Shown in pieces: positions 13,341 through 26,293 of a stretch of DNA of 64,000 bases. Each line of letters opens with the position of its first letter. Within the stretch, counting starts at the first letter, position 1. The notes under the pieces were generated by a model. The model did not search any database. It was not told where the DNA came from and saw only the letters and a program-made list of their open reading frames with translations. Both the position numbers and the translations under genes were made by a program. The stretch lies in the NCBI GenBank assembly GCA_028534125.1, contig CM052817.1, positions 18,168,001-18,232,000 on the forward strand. Direction: 5' to 3'. This DNA comes from Lama glama. Lineage: Eukaryota.

Positions 13341-16300
13341 TGTCATCATTATTTTGTCAACTGACACTGGTGACACTGATCCATTTATGTTCATTATAAT
13401 GATACTCAAACATGAATTGGAATCTTCAAGACTGATGTGAATCCCAGCTCTGTCATTTCTAGGAGTGTGGTCTTAAGCAAGTTACTCATACGTCTCATTT
13501 GCTCATCTGAAGAATGGAGATAATATGTGCCTCACACAGGGTTGTAGGGATTACATTATGTACATAAAATAGCATTAGCTTCTAGAATAAATTAGCTGTT
13601 TCTTATTAGGTGAAATCATTTTAATTCATTCACTATTTCTGCAGAATCAGATTGAGTGGCTTCGAGTAGAGTAGGTAGAATTTAACAATGGTGTTGATCG
13701 CTGACTTTGGTTAAGTCTTACTCTGTTTCAGCTGATTCTGTTTTTCTCAGTGGAATGTGCTTGCTGGTCTTGATGCAGAGGAAAGAAAGGAATGCTCAGT
13801 GTAATAATGCTAAAAAGATACATCACACCATGTTGCATTTAACACAGGGTGAGGGCACCGAGAGGAGGTACCTTGTCTTAGTTGTTACGTTGGATGCCCA
13901 GTGCCAAGCACGGGGCCTGGCACATGACAGGCCCTCCATATCTTGTTTAAATGAACAAGGGAATTCCGTTTAGATGAGAAACATGTTCTGGCTATGGTAT
14001 ATATGATGCGCACTGGTGTGTTTTGGGTAGCCAAGGAAGACGTCTGTAAGATATTGGTAAAGGAGATTAATTCTGGTATTTTAGCATTTGTCTTTGAAAC
14101 CATTATACCTGATGCATAATATGCACAGATTTTTTATAACAGTTTGTATATTTTAAAAGAAATGTGCATCAGCCGCTTTGAGTTAAAATGATCATTTGTG
14201 CTGAATTAACCTAGAAGGGAGACAACTGAGAAAAAATGAAAAAGACTTTAGAACAGGTAATGGAGATCAGAACTCACTATTCTGTTAAATTTCTAGGCCT
14301 TAAGTCACTATACCAAAAGGAAATAAAATTTTGTGTGTAGAAATGGATCACCCTTGCCATGTCCTCAACTCCTTTCCTTTCCTTTTGCTCCTCCAGCTCA
14401 GCCAAACCCCAAACCTTAGAGCGTCTTCATCATCTCCCTCCTCCATTCCTTGGGGACAGGGACTGTGAATGCTGCCAGGATTCCTGAAGCACTTCCTGAC
14501 AGCTGTGCCTTGCAGTCTTGCCTCCATCCTATTTTCCACCGTCACCAGAATGATCTTTCTATAAGGAATCAGATTCTGTTGATCCTCTCCTTGAAATCCC
14601 TTATGGGCTGCTCATAGTTTTCAGGGTTAAAAATCCACGTTCCTTAGTATGGAAAACCACTTTTAGAGATCTGACCCTTCCTTACCAATCTCCTATCTGA
14701 TCTGTTATTTTTTTCCCACATGTTGTCTGTACTCCAGACATATTAACTAACTTCATTTCTCTGAGTGTCTCATGTTCTTTTCATGCCATTGAACATATGA
14801 TGTGTCTTTTTCCAGGCATGCTTTTCTCTTCTTCCCAAGATCATCAAGTATAGTTCCTTTAAAATTCCCCAAGATTACCTCTAGAAAACTTCTGACTTTT
14901 CTTTCCCAATCTGGATTAGGCGCCCTTTCTCTGTGCTCTCATAACACTCTCATAACACATTAATAACAATTAATGTTCTCATTGTAGGATCTGTGATCCT
15001 AACCCAACAGCATGCCTTCTTCCTCCGTAGACTGTGAACTTTTTTGAGTACAGGATACTCTTATTACCTCTTTAATTTCTAATGCTTCACTGGTTTGCAT
15101 AGTACAGAAGCCTAGAACTTTGTGATTTAGTTAATGTATGAAGTAACAGTTTATCAGAGGTCCAGAATGTGCCCAGCTAAGTCCTGGGTTAATTATGAAT
15201 ATGTGAGAAATGGAAGGACTTGGTCCCTGTTTGTAAGTTTAGTTGTATGCACAAAGTGACAAAAGTACAACATTAAAGAATAATTTGAGAATAAAGATGC
15301 AGTTGAAAACTCCAAATCCCTGGAAATTTTATTGTCTGCTCTTTGCTCTGTTTTTCCTTAGTATTTACCACTCCTAACATGCTGTGCCTTTTACTTACTA
15401 ATCTTGTTATGCTCGTCTCTCCCACTGGATTGTAAGTATTATGAAGAATTCTTATCTCTTTTGTTCACTATGGTATTTCTAGGGCCTGACACATGTTAGG
15501 TGCTCATTATATATTTGTTGAATGGATGGAATGGTGTTCAGGGAAAGAAGTACTCACTAGGAGTTAATATTTATGAAATACTTTATGGAGAAGTCACATC
15601 CTGAAGTAGACTCTGAAAGATAGTGAGTTAGTAAGTTCACTTAAGTAAAGAATTACCAGTTTTGTTTTTATATGAGTTTTTCTTTCCCCAATCATATGTT
15701 TCTTCTAATTTTTTTTTATAGGACTTCATAAGGTTTCTATAGTCCTCACTGTTGACTTCTCTTAGAGTTTGACAGCAAAGCCTATTCAGTCAGTGAGTGA
15801 TGCTGACCCTTTCCTTATATACTGGTTGTAATAATACTTTCACTGCTTAGGTTTATTAGCAAAATAAAATATGTGGAAAAAATTAGGTCTGCTGGAGGCA
15901 GTAAGACATTGTACACAGATCATTTTATACCGTATGTTGTTGTAATGCCTGAGAGCTTATATTTTACTTTGCATCCATGTAAAATAACTCTTAGGCATAT
16001 AAGGGTTCTGGTTGTTTTATGTATTAGGGCTCATAATTGACCATTATGCTTATTCAGTTTTTTGATTTTAGCAAGTCTTGATCAGAGTTTTAAATATTTA
16101 TTATACACATATTTATGTCATGTAACTTATAATTTCATTTTCCATTTTTTTAGAGTTTCCTTTTCTGTTTCCTTCTCTTCTAAGACTAGAGTAATTAAAA
16201 TTATGTTTTGAATTAAAAATGTTAAATTGACAAACTGGGCTATAAGTAGAACATGTAGGTACTATAAGCTTAAATTGTTTTTTTAGAAAATTATTAGTTG

Positions 16301-17488
16301 GTCCCCAGGACTGTCTTCTTTTCTTGCAATTTTTTTCCCTAAGTACAGAATTAGATATTCTCGGGCCTTTATAGCTGCAGTAGAGCTTTGTAAACATCTA
16401 GTCTGCTTGCTTGACTTTAGAGGGGAGGTAGCTAAGACACCAGGGCAAGTTATTTGTCAGTCAGTTCATACAGGACCAAATGATAAACTAGATTTTTAAC
16501 TGTTGTTGAGGAGATAACCGAACTATGGCTAGCCCTTTTATTATGCTAATAACCACTTTAAACTTTAAGACCATACTGTTCCTAGAAATACATGTGGATG
16601 TGATGACATTTTAGAAGTATATGATTTTAGTGACCTGGTAGAACAGAAGTTGGTTCCTGGAATTTGTCAACCCACCAGTCAGCCAGATTGCGTGTGAGTG
16701 AAGTTTTGACAGTACTTTTCCATTTTGATACATAGGCTGTTTGTTTACTAGTTGAGTCAACAGGAGGTAATTTCTTACTAATCTTACTTTAAGCCATGAA
16801 AAACCTCATACTCTCTAAATTGTTGATTTTTGACAACCTGAATGTGAGGATTCCCCATTGGAAGAGGTTTAGCCAGTAAATATATGTTAAGGAAAACATG
16901 AAGAATAAGATTTTAGAAAATTCAGTTTTTCCTTGTTGAATCTAAGAAGTTATGTATTTAAAAAAGTCATATGGATGGACTCTTAGATCTGTTAAGATAG
17001 AAAAATGAAAACAAAGTTTCTAAGGATCATGTGAATATTCTACATTTCTTTTCCTTATGTTCTTTGTGATGTTTCCCTAGGACTTACAATTTAATTAAAC
17101 TAGATTATACAAAAATAGCACTCTGTACTCTGATTTTTAGTTTAGTTTTGTTTTTTTAAGGAGGAAGTTTATATTTGGGGGGGAGAATCATTTATAAATA
17201 CAGTAAGTTGGATAAGAAGAAAATGGTTAAAGATGTGAAAAAATGTAGACAAAATGAATTTAGTGCTAGTTGTAGTTGACTAATAGCAATTAAATTGAAT
17301 TACTTATTTTTAGTGCATTTATATGTTATACTTGTGATATGAAGAATGATAGACTAGACTTTTTAAAGCCTCTTTAATTTGACTTAGTCTGAAATTTAAT
17401 TTGTTGGTTTTGTTTTAAATTATATTCTCTTAACTGTAGCCTGTGTTTTGGGATGGCAAGTTAGTAACTGGCCTTTGTTCTGTTTCAG

Positions 17489-17619
17489 ATCCCTGCATGT
17501 CACTAAGTCCACCATGCTTCACAGAAGAAGATAGATTTAGTCTGGAAGCTCTTCAAACAATACATAAGCAAATGGATGATGACAAAGATGGTGGAATTGA
17601 AGTGGATGAAAGTGATGAA
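17489..17619 (+). CDS. STIM2: STIM2 coding exon (probably exon 2, 131 bp): luminal Cys pair and canonical EF-hand
   Basis: Acceptor ...ctttgttctgtttcag|AT and donor GAA|gtaggt. Translates (D)PCMSLSPPCFTEEDRFSLEALQTIHKQMDDDKDGGIEVDESDE, which I recognise as STIM2, with the EF-hand loop DDDKDGGIEVDE. Starts in phase 1 and ends in phase 0. Confidence 0.97.
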
Positions 17620-17862
17620 GTAGGTGGAGTCACTTTTTCTCTGGTATTCTCTTAAAACAGAATGAGTTTTTAATCTTAAATTTTCCCATTATTTCTCATG
17701 TGACTCAGCTCCTTCGTCTTCAACATCTTTAGTTTTTCTCTTTACATTTTAATTTTATTCTTTGTATTTACATTTTTTTTCACGTCTGTAAAGTCTTCCC
17801 AGTTTTGTAAGAATCCTCAGTCTCATGTACTTGGGTTTCTTAAACATAAATCTTATTCTTAC

Positions 17863-18347
17863 TGTGTCAGTTACCTTTTGTTGTTTTACAAACCGCCCCA
17901 AAATTTAGTGGCTTAAAAATGACAACAGTTTGTTATTTCTCCTGATTCTCTGGATTGACTGGACTTTGCTGGGTACCTTTTCTGTTCCCTTGGATATGGC
18001 CTGAGGTTACTATGGCAGTTGCGCTCAAACTCTGCTGGGCGGGACTATCTCCCATGACCTCTGTTCCTTTAGTCTCTCTCTCAACTTGGCCTCTGCTCAT
18101 TCAGGAGTCTAGCTCAAGCTTCCTTACAGCATGGCAGCTGGCTTCCCGGTGGCAGTGTTCAAAGAAAGCAAGTTTCCATGTGAAAGTGCTTATCATGCCC
18201 CTGCTTGCCAGTGCCTGTTGATGTCAGATTGACTTAAAGCAAGTTATTTGGCCAAGCTCAGAGTCTGTGTGTGACAGGATTATACAAGGGAATGAGTGCC
18301 AGGAGATGTGGTTTACTGGGGGCACTAGTGTAATCTGCTGTACCCAC
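17863..18347. mobile_element. MaLR LTR (MLT1-like)
   Basis: tgtgtcagttacc...caaaccgccccaaaatttagtggcttaaaa start and aaagcaagttatttggccaagctcagagtc motif. Confidence 0.65.
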
Positions 18348-19054
18348 TGTGCAGATAAACAATGCTTTATTTCTCAAGCATTCTCATCTTACCCCTGGTC
18401 TGGTGTCCCTCTTAGTTTTCTTCATAGAAGTTGTTTGCTTTTCTTTTTCTTTCTTTCTTTTTTTTTTTTTTCTTTGAGAATAGAAGAGGGGTTTATTAGA
18501 TTATGCTCCCATAGACAACAGTGGGCCACACAGACAAGAGGTGCCTGTGTGAGCCTAACAGTTATTTATTTGACTATGGTCTCATTTTAACCAAATTCCT
18601 TCATCATTTCTCATGTCTCTTCAACTTCTTTGTTGTATTCGTCACTGTTGAGATGCTTCTCTTTTAGTTTATATGGTACAAATTACATTATTTTCTACAT
18701 TATTATCTAATGTTGTGTGATGGTGACATCTTCCCATCACATTGTTATCTAATCATGTTGTTATGTAACAGTAACATTCTCTGAAGATCAGTTTTTGACC
18801 TGCTGTGTAAAACATTTACCTTGAGAACATTCATCCATTTTTAGGTTACTCTGGATTCCTCCATCTCTAAGCCAAACCAGATTCTGACCTATGTATGCTG
18901 CTTTCTGCCTGACATCTTTTGAGAGCTCTTATTTTTGTTTTCAACTTAGTTTATCTAAAACGAAATCACACTTTTCTTTGAAATCCCTCACTCTTAATAG
19001 CACTTGTGGACCTACTTCTCTTCAATTTTTAAAAATTAAAAAAAACTTCTGAAT

Positions 19055-19718
19055 CAGGAGTTGGCAGACTTTTTCTGTAAAGGGCCAAGTTATGGGTTGA
19101 AGTATGTCCCCTGTCCCCCCCCCCCCCCGCAAACGTATTTTGAAATCCTAACTCCCGGTACCTTAGAAAGTGACTTTATTTGAAAATAGTTATTTCAGAT
19201 GTGGTTATTTAAGATGAGCGTATACTGGAGTAGTGTGTGTCCTTAATCCAACATGACTGGTGTCCTTATAAGGGAGGACAACACCATGTGGGAAGACAGA
19301 GACAGGGGAATGGCAGATCATGTGGCAGTGGAGGCAGAGTTTGGAGTTATGCAGCTACGAGTCAAGAAATGACAAGGATTGCTAGTGACACCAGAAGCCA
19401 AGAGAAAGGCATGGACTATATTCCTTCCTAGAGCCTTTGAGAAGGCATGGCCCTACTGATACATGATTTCAGACTTACAGCCTCCAGAACTGTGAAAGAG
19501 TAAATTTCTGTTGTTTTAAGCCATTCAGTTTTTGGTACTTTGTTACAGCAGCCTTAGGAAACGAACAGGCCAGCTAGTAAATATTTTGGATTTTTGTGGG
19601 CCATATGGTCTCTGTTGCGTCTACCCAGCTCTCCCACCGAGGTGTCAAGCAGCCATAGACAGTCGGTGAACTGACGGGTATGCTGTGTTGCAGTAAAATT
19701 TGTTTGCAAAAAAAAAAG
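19055..19718. mobile_element. MER58-like hAT DNA transposon interrupted by an MLT1 LTR
   Basis: caggagttggcagactttttctgtaaagggcca resumes after the LTR as gctagtaaatattttgga...gggccatatggtctctgttgc. Confidence 0.75.
19088..19567. mobile_element. MLT1B/C-like MaLR solo LTR
   Basis: gttatgggttgaa...cagcctccagaactgtga...tttctgttgttttaagcca...gcagccttaggaaacgaaca, with a 5-bp TSD GGCCA (19083-19087 and 19568-19572). Confidence 0.85.
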
Positions 19719-20359
19719 ACGTCAGACTGCTATAAATAAAATTTTGTGTACTTAAAGTTTATTCCTTTTTCTTCTTTTTCACTTATCTCTTCTAGTTATT
19801 TGATTGCTGTATTTTAATGTAGGTATTTACTATCTTATGCCTAGATTATTACCTATAAATTTTTTCCTCTCTAATCTATCATGCATATTACTTGGAGAGT
19901 GTTTTTCTGTAGCTAAAAACTTAACAATGATTTCTTAGTACTTAATTGATTAGATATTAACTCTTTAATCTTTTTTAATATCTCTGTATCAACTGATTTT
20001 TATTTGCTGAAGTAATCTCTTCTCGTTGTGGTTTAATCATTTTGATTAGAGCATGATTCCATTAATACCAGAATCACAGCCTTCAGTTTAAAATAGTCAA
20101 GTGTATTTCTTTCACTGAAGAACTACAGATGACAGGGTAGTCCTGTTTTATATTATTTCCAACTTAGAAAGTATTTGAAGTATGTAAATGTATTCTGTTG
20201 GTCATAAAGTAGAGTAGGTAAAGTGAAATTGATGGATTACCAGGAGTTTTACTTACTGGAAAATAACATAAGGTAGTTGTCATTTATTGAGAGTCATTTT
20301 ATTATATTGGGTAATTCATCTTCTCAACATTATCACCATTCCGTCTCTCTCTTCCTGTA

Positions 20360-20362
<3 letters not shown>

Positions 20363-20391
<29 letters not shown>
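20363..20391. repeat. (CA)n microsatellite
   Basis: Uninterrupted AC run. Confidence 0.95.
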
Positions 20392-20396
<5 letters not shown>

Positions 20397-20424
20397 AAAT
20401 CATTTTAGTAGTACTACTCTGTAC

Positions 20425-20573
20425 TTTATTTATTTTTGAGGGGGAGGTAATTTGTTTTATTCATTCATTCATTCATTCATTTATTCATTTTTAATGGAGG
20501 CTCTGGGGATTGAACCGAGGACCTCGTGCATGCTAATAAGCACATGCTTTACCACTGAGCTATACTTCCCACC
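20425..20573 (-). mobile_element. tRNA-Ala-derived SINE (Vic-1-like, camelid)
   Basis: Minus strand GGGAAGTATAGCTCAGTGGTAAAGCATGTGC...GCATGCACGAGGTCCTCGGTTCAATCCCCAG with A and B boxes, then an (AATG)n/A-rich tail. Confidence 0.88.
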
Positions 20574-21363
20574 ATACTCTGGATTATTAGTGATTAACTG
20601 TTCTTTCTAATCCTCCCAAAATTGTCTAAATCATTTATTTAGTTGCCAATATAGTTGCTTAAGAATTTGAATATCAAGTATTCTAACATAAATTCTATTT
20701 ACTCCACACCTTATTACTATCCACATAAATTAAGGAATAAATAGAATTTTATGTTCATATATTTGGTACTTTTTGTGAAAGAAATTGTTCTCTAGACTAA
20801 ATAGATTTCATAAAATCATTTTTTTACATTTTCTTGATCATTTACAGTATTAGTTTTATCAAACTCCATTGTCAACTCTGAGGGTGTATAGTGTTTAGTA
20901 GATGAGTGCCCTGTGCAGTTTCATAATTGTGTTCATCAGTTAAATTGGAAATAACTTTTAACATTAAATCTTGTGGTACTGTGAGGAAAGAATATAATTT
21001 TAAGTTGTTACACTGATGATGCAGAGTTTTCCTTTGATTTGATATTACTTGAAGAACTAATCATTACTTAGCATTGTTTTAGATTAAGAAATATATTAAT
21101 TCTGAGGGATTCTTTTTAGGGGGAAGAGAGGTGGGGCTGGGAGGGCATATATGGTTAGTTTGAAGAGTATTAGTATTATAAAATGGAAAGACTGGTGTGC
21201 ACTTTCAGTTTTTAAAGCTGAAATAGTTTTAGATAGTCTCATTTTAGAAGTTATGAATTAATTTATTAAGATTGGTTAATTTTGAGCCTAGAATAAGGCT
21301 AGATTCTTTATATTTAAGATCTACATAATAAAGTTACTTTTACTATTAATTAATATATCGAGT

Positions 21364-22672
21364 TGTAAATATTACTACTCTGGGGTGTTCTCTGACACCA
21401 ACCAATTCTTCAGTTTCTAACACCAACTACATTTCCAAGAATTCAGTCCAATTCTGAGACTGTCTTCCTGGAGATAGTATCAGATCCCACAAGTTAAAGG
21501 GCTCAGTCTTATAATACTGCCTTCACTTCAGATGCCAGTCACAAGTTTCCAATTGTGTTTACAAACTTCTGACTGGCTATAAATCTGGGGTTCCCATGAC
21601 AACTTCTTCGGATTTGAAAATTTGCTGGATACATATCTGAAAAAAACAAAAACGTTGATTTAAAGATACATGCAGTGTTCGTAGCAGCATTATTTACAAT
21701 TGTGAAAATATGGAAGTACATCAACAAATGAATAGATAAAGAAAATGTGGCATATACATACAGTGGAATACCACTCAACCATAAGAAAGAATGAAATTTT
21801 GCCATTTGCAGCAAGATGGATGGACTTGGACAGTAGTATGCTAAGTGAAATAAGTCAGACAGAGAAAGACATGTACTTTATGATATGATATTATGATATG
21901 ATACTTTGATATGTTATATGTGGAATCTAAAAAATAAAACAAACTTGTGAATATAACAAAAAAGAAGCAGATTCACAGAACAAACTAGTGGTTACCCATG
22001 GGGAGAGGGAAAGGAGAGAGGGGCAGTAAGGCTAGAGGATTAAGAGGTACAAACTATTACATATAAAATAAGCTACAAAGGTACTGTGTACAATATGAGG
22101 AATATAGACAATATCTTATAACAACTATAAATGGAGTATAACCTTTAAGAATTGTGAATCACTATATTATACTTCTGTAGCTTATATATTACTGTACCTC
22201 AACTATACTTCAATGTCTCACAGAATTCAGGAAAACACTTTACTTATGTTTACTGGTTTATTAAAAAGGATACAACTCTGAAACAGCTAAATGGAAGAGA
22301 TATATAGGTCAGGGTGTGGTAGGAGGGGCACATAGCTTCTGTGTCCTCTCTGGGTATGCTCTCCCAGCATCTCCCACACCTCAATATGTTCACCAACCTG
22401 GAAGCTCTCCAGAGAATCTCAAAATTCTAGAGTCTTTATAGAGCTCAGTTTTCCCATAGATCAAGTGGGTGGGACTGAAATTTCCGGTTCTCTACCGCTT
22501 TGTGGTGACCAGCCCCACCTAGAAGCTATCTAGGGGCTCCACCTTAGTCATCTCATAAGCAGGAACCCAAATATGATCAAAGGGGCAAAAGACAGTCCAT
22601 CACCAAGGAAATCCCAAGAGTTTTAAGACCTCTGTGCCAATAAAGACCAAATATATTTCTTATTTTATCACA
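21364..22672. mobile_element. MER21-like LTR split by an L1 3' fragment
   Basis: Halves ~21364-21629 (ctgacaccaaccaattc...cagatcccacaagttaaagggctcagtc) and 22214-22672 (ctcacagaattcaggaaaacactttactt...tattttatcaca) read as one MER21-type LTR. Ends are approximate. Confidence 0.7.
21630..22213 (+). mobile_element. 5'-truncated L1 3' end inserted in the MER21-like LTR
   Basis: gcagcattatttacaat, aatgaaattttgccatttgcagcaagatggatggacttgga, and a 3' UTR ending aactatacttcaa. No A-tail remains. Confidence 0.85.
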
Positions 22673-22742
22673 ATTCCAAAAATACTTAAATCTGGAAAAA
22701 AAAGCAAAAATTCACATTTTTAAATCATTAAAAATACCTTCA

Positions 22743-25700
22743 ATGATGGCCATTCTGACTGGTGTGAGGTGATACCTCATTGTAGTTTTGATTTGCATTT
22801 GTCTGATAATTAACAATATTGAGCATTTTTTCATGTGCCTATTGGCCATTTGTATGTCTTCTTTGGAGAATTGCTATTTTAGGTCTTCTGCCTATTTTTG
22901 GATTGGGTTGTTTGTTTTTTTATTATTAAGTTGTTTATGTATCCTGGAAGTTAAGCCCTTGTCAGTGTCATCATTTGCAAATATTTTCTCCCATTCTATA
23001 GGTTGTCTTTTTGTTTTGCTTATGATTTTCTTTGCTGTGCAAAAGCTTGTAAGTTTAATTAGGTCCCATTTGTTTATATTTGCTTTTATTTCTCTTGCTT
23101 GGGTAGACTGCCCTTGGAGAACATTAAGATGTATGTCAGAAAGTGTTTTGCCTATTTTCTTCTAGGAGGTTTATAGTGTCTTATGTTTAAGCCATTTTGA
23201 GTTTCTTTCTGTGTATGGTGTGAGGGAGTGTTCTAACTTCATTGATTTACGTATGGCTGTCCAGTTTTCCCAACACCGCTTTCTAAAGACATTGTATTTA
23301 CTCCATTGCATATTCTTGCTTCTTTTGTTGAAGATTAATTGACCATAAGTCTGTGGGTTTATTTCTGGGCTCTGGGTTCTGTTCCATTGATCGATGTGTC
23401 TGTTTTTGTATGAATACCATGCTGTTTTGATTACTATAGCTCTGTAGTATTGTCTAAAGTCTGGGAGTGTTATTCCTCTAGCATCATTCTTTTTCTTCAG
23501 TAATGCTTTGGCAATTCTGGGTCTTTTGTGATTCCATATAAATTTTAGTATGATTTCTTCTAGTTCTGTGAAGAACTAGAAAATTTGCTGGATACATATC
23601 TGAAAAAAACCAAAATCTGTAGATTAAATCTGTAGATTGCTTTGGGTAGTATGGCCATTTTAACAATATTAATTCTTCCAATCCAAGAACATGGGATATC
23701 TTTCCATTTCTTTAAATCATCTTTAATTTCCTTAATCATTATTTTGCAGTTCTCCACATATTAAGTCTTTCACATCCTTGGTCAGATTTATTCCTAAGTA
23801 TTTTATTTTTTTGGCTGCAGTTTTAAAAAGGATTGTTTCTTTGCATCCCTTTTCTGATATTTTATTGCTACTGAAAAGAAATGTAACTGTTTTCCCTATG
23901 TTTATCTTGTATCCTGCTACCTCACTGAATTCTTTTTTATGAGCTCTAGTAGTTTTTATGTGGAACCTTTTCTACATATAGTATCGTGTCATCTGCATAT
24001 AATGACAGTTTTACCTCTTCTCTTCCCATTTAGATCCCTTTTCTTGTTCAAGTCTAATTGCTGTGGCTAGGACGTCCAATACTATGTTGTATAGAAGAGG
24101 TGAGAGTGGGCATCCTTGCTTTATTCCAGATTTTTGCGGGAAGGCTTTCAGCCTCTCATTGTTGAGTATTATGCTGGCTGTAGGTTTCTCATAAATAGCT
24201 CTTATGTTGAGATATGTTCCCTCTATACTCATTTAGGTTAAGAGTTTTTTCATAAATGGGTGTGGAATGTTTTCAAATGCTTTTTCCTTCATCTGTTGAG
24301 ATGATCATGTGAATTTTTTCCTTTCTCTTGTTGATATGATGTATCATGTTGATTGATTTGTGGATGTTGAACTATCCTTATGTCCCTGGGATGATCCCAA
24401 CTTGATCTTAAAATGTGTGCTCTTTTTTATGTGTTGTTGCATTCTCTTTGCTATTATTTTGTTGAGGATTTTTTACATCTATGTTCATCAATGATACTGG
24501 CCTGTAATTTTCTTTTTTTGAAGTGTCTTTGTCTGGTTTTGGTTTCAGGGTGATGGTGGCTTCATAGATTGAATTTGATAGTATTCTCTTCTCTTCAGTC
24601 TTTTGGAAGGATTTGAAAATGATGAGGGTCTGTGTATATTTGGTAGAATTCTCCAGTGAAGCCGTCTGGTCCTGGACTTACACTTGCATGGAGGTTTTTT
24701 ATTGTAGATTCTGTTTCACTTCTAGTGATCAGTCTGTTCAAATTATCTATTTCTTGATTCAATTTTGGTGGACTGTATGTTTCTAGAACTTGTCCATATC
24801 TTCTAGGTTGTCCAGTTTGTTGCCATATAGTTGTTCAGAATATTCTCTTGTGATTTTTTTGTATTTCTGTGGTGTTGGTTGTAATTTCTCCATTTTCATT
24901 TCTGTTTTGTTTATTTGTGTTCGTTCTCTCTCTTTTCTTCTCAGCGAGCCTGGCCAGAGGTTTGTCAATTTTGTTTACTCTTACAAGAAACCAACTCTTG
25001 GCTTGATTGATTTTTCCTGTTTTTAAAAAATCTCTATTTTATTTATTTTCTCCCTGTTTTTTATTATTTCTTTCCTTCTGCTGACTTTAGGTTTTGTTTG
25101 TTATTCTTTCAGATAATAAATTAAGTTGTTTGTTTGCAGTTGTTCTTGTTTTTTGAAGAAGGCTTATATCTATGAACTTCTCTCTTAAGACTGCTTTTGT
25201 TGCATCCCATAAATTTTATGTGGTTGTGTTTAATGCTGGAAAGGGTGTGGAGAGAAGGGAACCCTCTTACACTGTTGGTGGGAATGTAGTTTGGTGTAGC
25301 CATTATGGAAAACAGTGTGGAGATTTCCTCACAAAACTAAAAACAAAAACTAAAAATCTTATGGTCTAGCAATCCCACTCCTGGGCATACATCCAGAGGG
25401 AACTCTAATTTGAAAAGACACGTGCACCCTAGTGTTCATAGCAGCACATACACAATAGCCAAGACATGGAAACAGCCTAAATGTCCATTGATAGATGACT
25501 AGATAAAGAAGCTGTGGTATATTTATTCAGTGGAATACTACTCAGTCATAAAAAAGAACAAAATAATGCCATTTGCAGCAACATGGATGGACCTGGAGAC
25601 CATCATTCTAAGTGAAGTAAACCAGAAAGAGAAAGAAAAATACCATATGATACCATTCATATGTAAAATCTGAAAAAAAAAAAGAGGACACTAGTGAACT

Positions 25701-26293
25701 CATCTACAAAACAGAAATAGACTCACAGACATAGTAAACAGTCTTAGGGTTACCAGGGGAAAGGGAGTGGGAAGGGATAAATTTGGAAGTTTGAGACTTG
25801 CAAATGATAGTTACTATATATAAAAATAGATAAAAAACAAATTTCTTCTGTATAGCACAGGGAACTATATTTGATATCTTGGAATAACTTTTAAAATGAA
25901 AAATAATATGAAAACGAATATATGTACATATATGCATGACTGGGACATTGTACTGTGCACCAGAAGTTGACACACTGTAACTGACTATACTTCAATCAAA
26001 AAAACCAAAAAAACGAACTTATGGTTACCAGGGGGGAAAGGGGATGGCAAGGGATAAATTGGGAGTTCAGGATTTGCAGATACTAGCTACTATATATGAA
26101 ATAAACAAACAGTAAGTTTCTTCTGTATAGCACAGGGAACTATATTCAATATCTTGTAGTAACCTGTAATGAAAAAGAATATGAAAATGAATATACATAT
26201 GTATATGTATGACTCAAACATTATGCTGTACACTAGAAATTGACACAGCATTGTAAACTGACTATACTATAATAAAAAAATGACACCAATTTG
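22743..26293. mobile_element. 5'-inverted (twin-primed) L1: minus-strand ORF2 piece 22743-25230 plus plus-strand 3' piece 25231-26280
   Basis: ORF2 peptides ([21 protein letters not shown] at ~23988-23999, [17 protein letters not shown]) on the minus strand, with a strand switch at 25230/25231. TSD aaaa(a/g)taccttca at 22730-22742 and 26295-26307, at a TT/AAAA site. Confidence 0.9.

Noticed and set aside
17443..17655. 70-aa ORF as a stand-alone gene
   Set aside because: Only 17489-17619 is STIM2-like. The flanks are intron beyond canonical splice sites.
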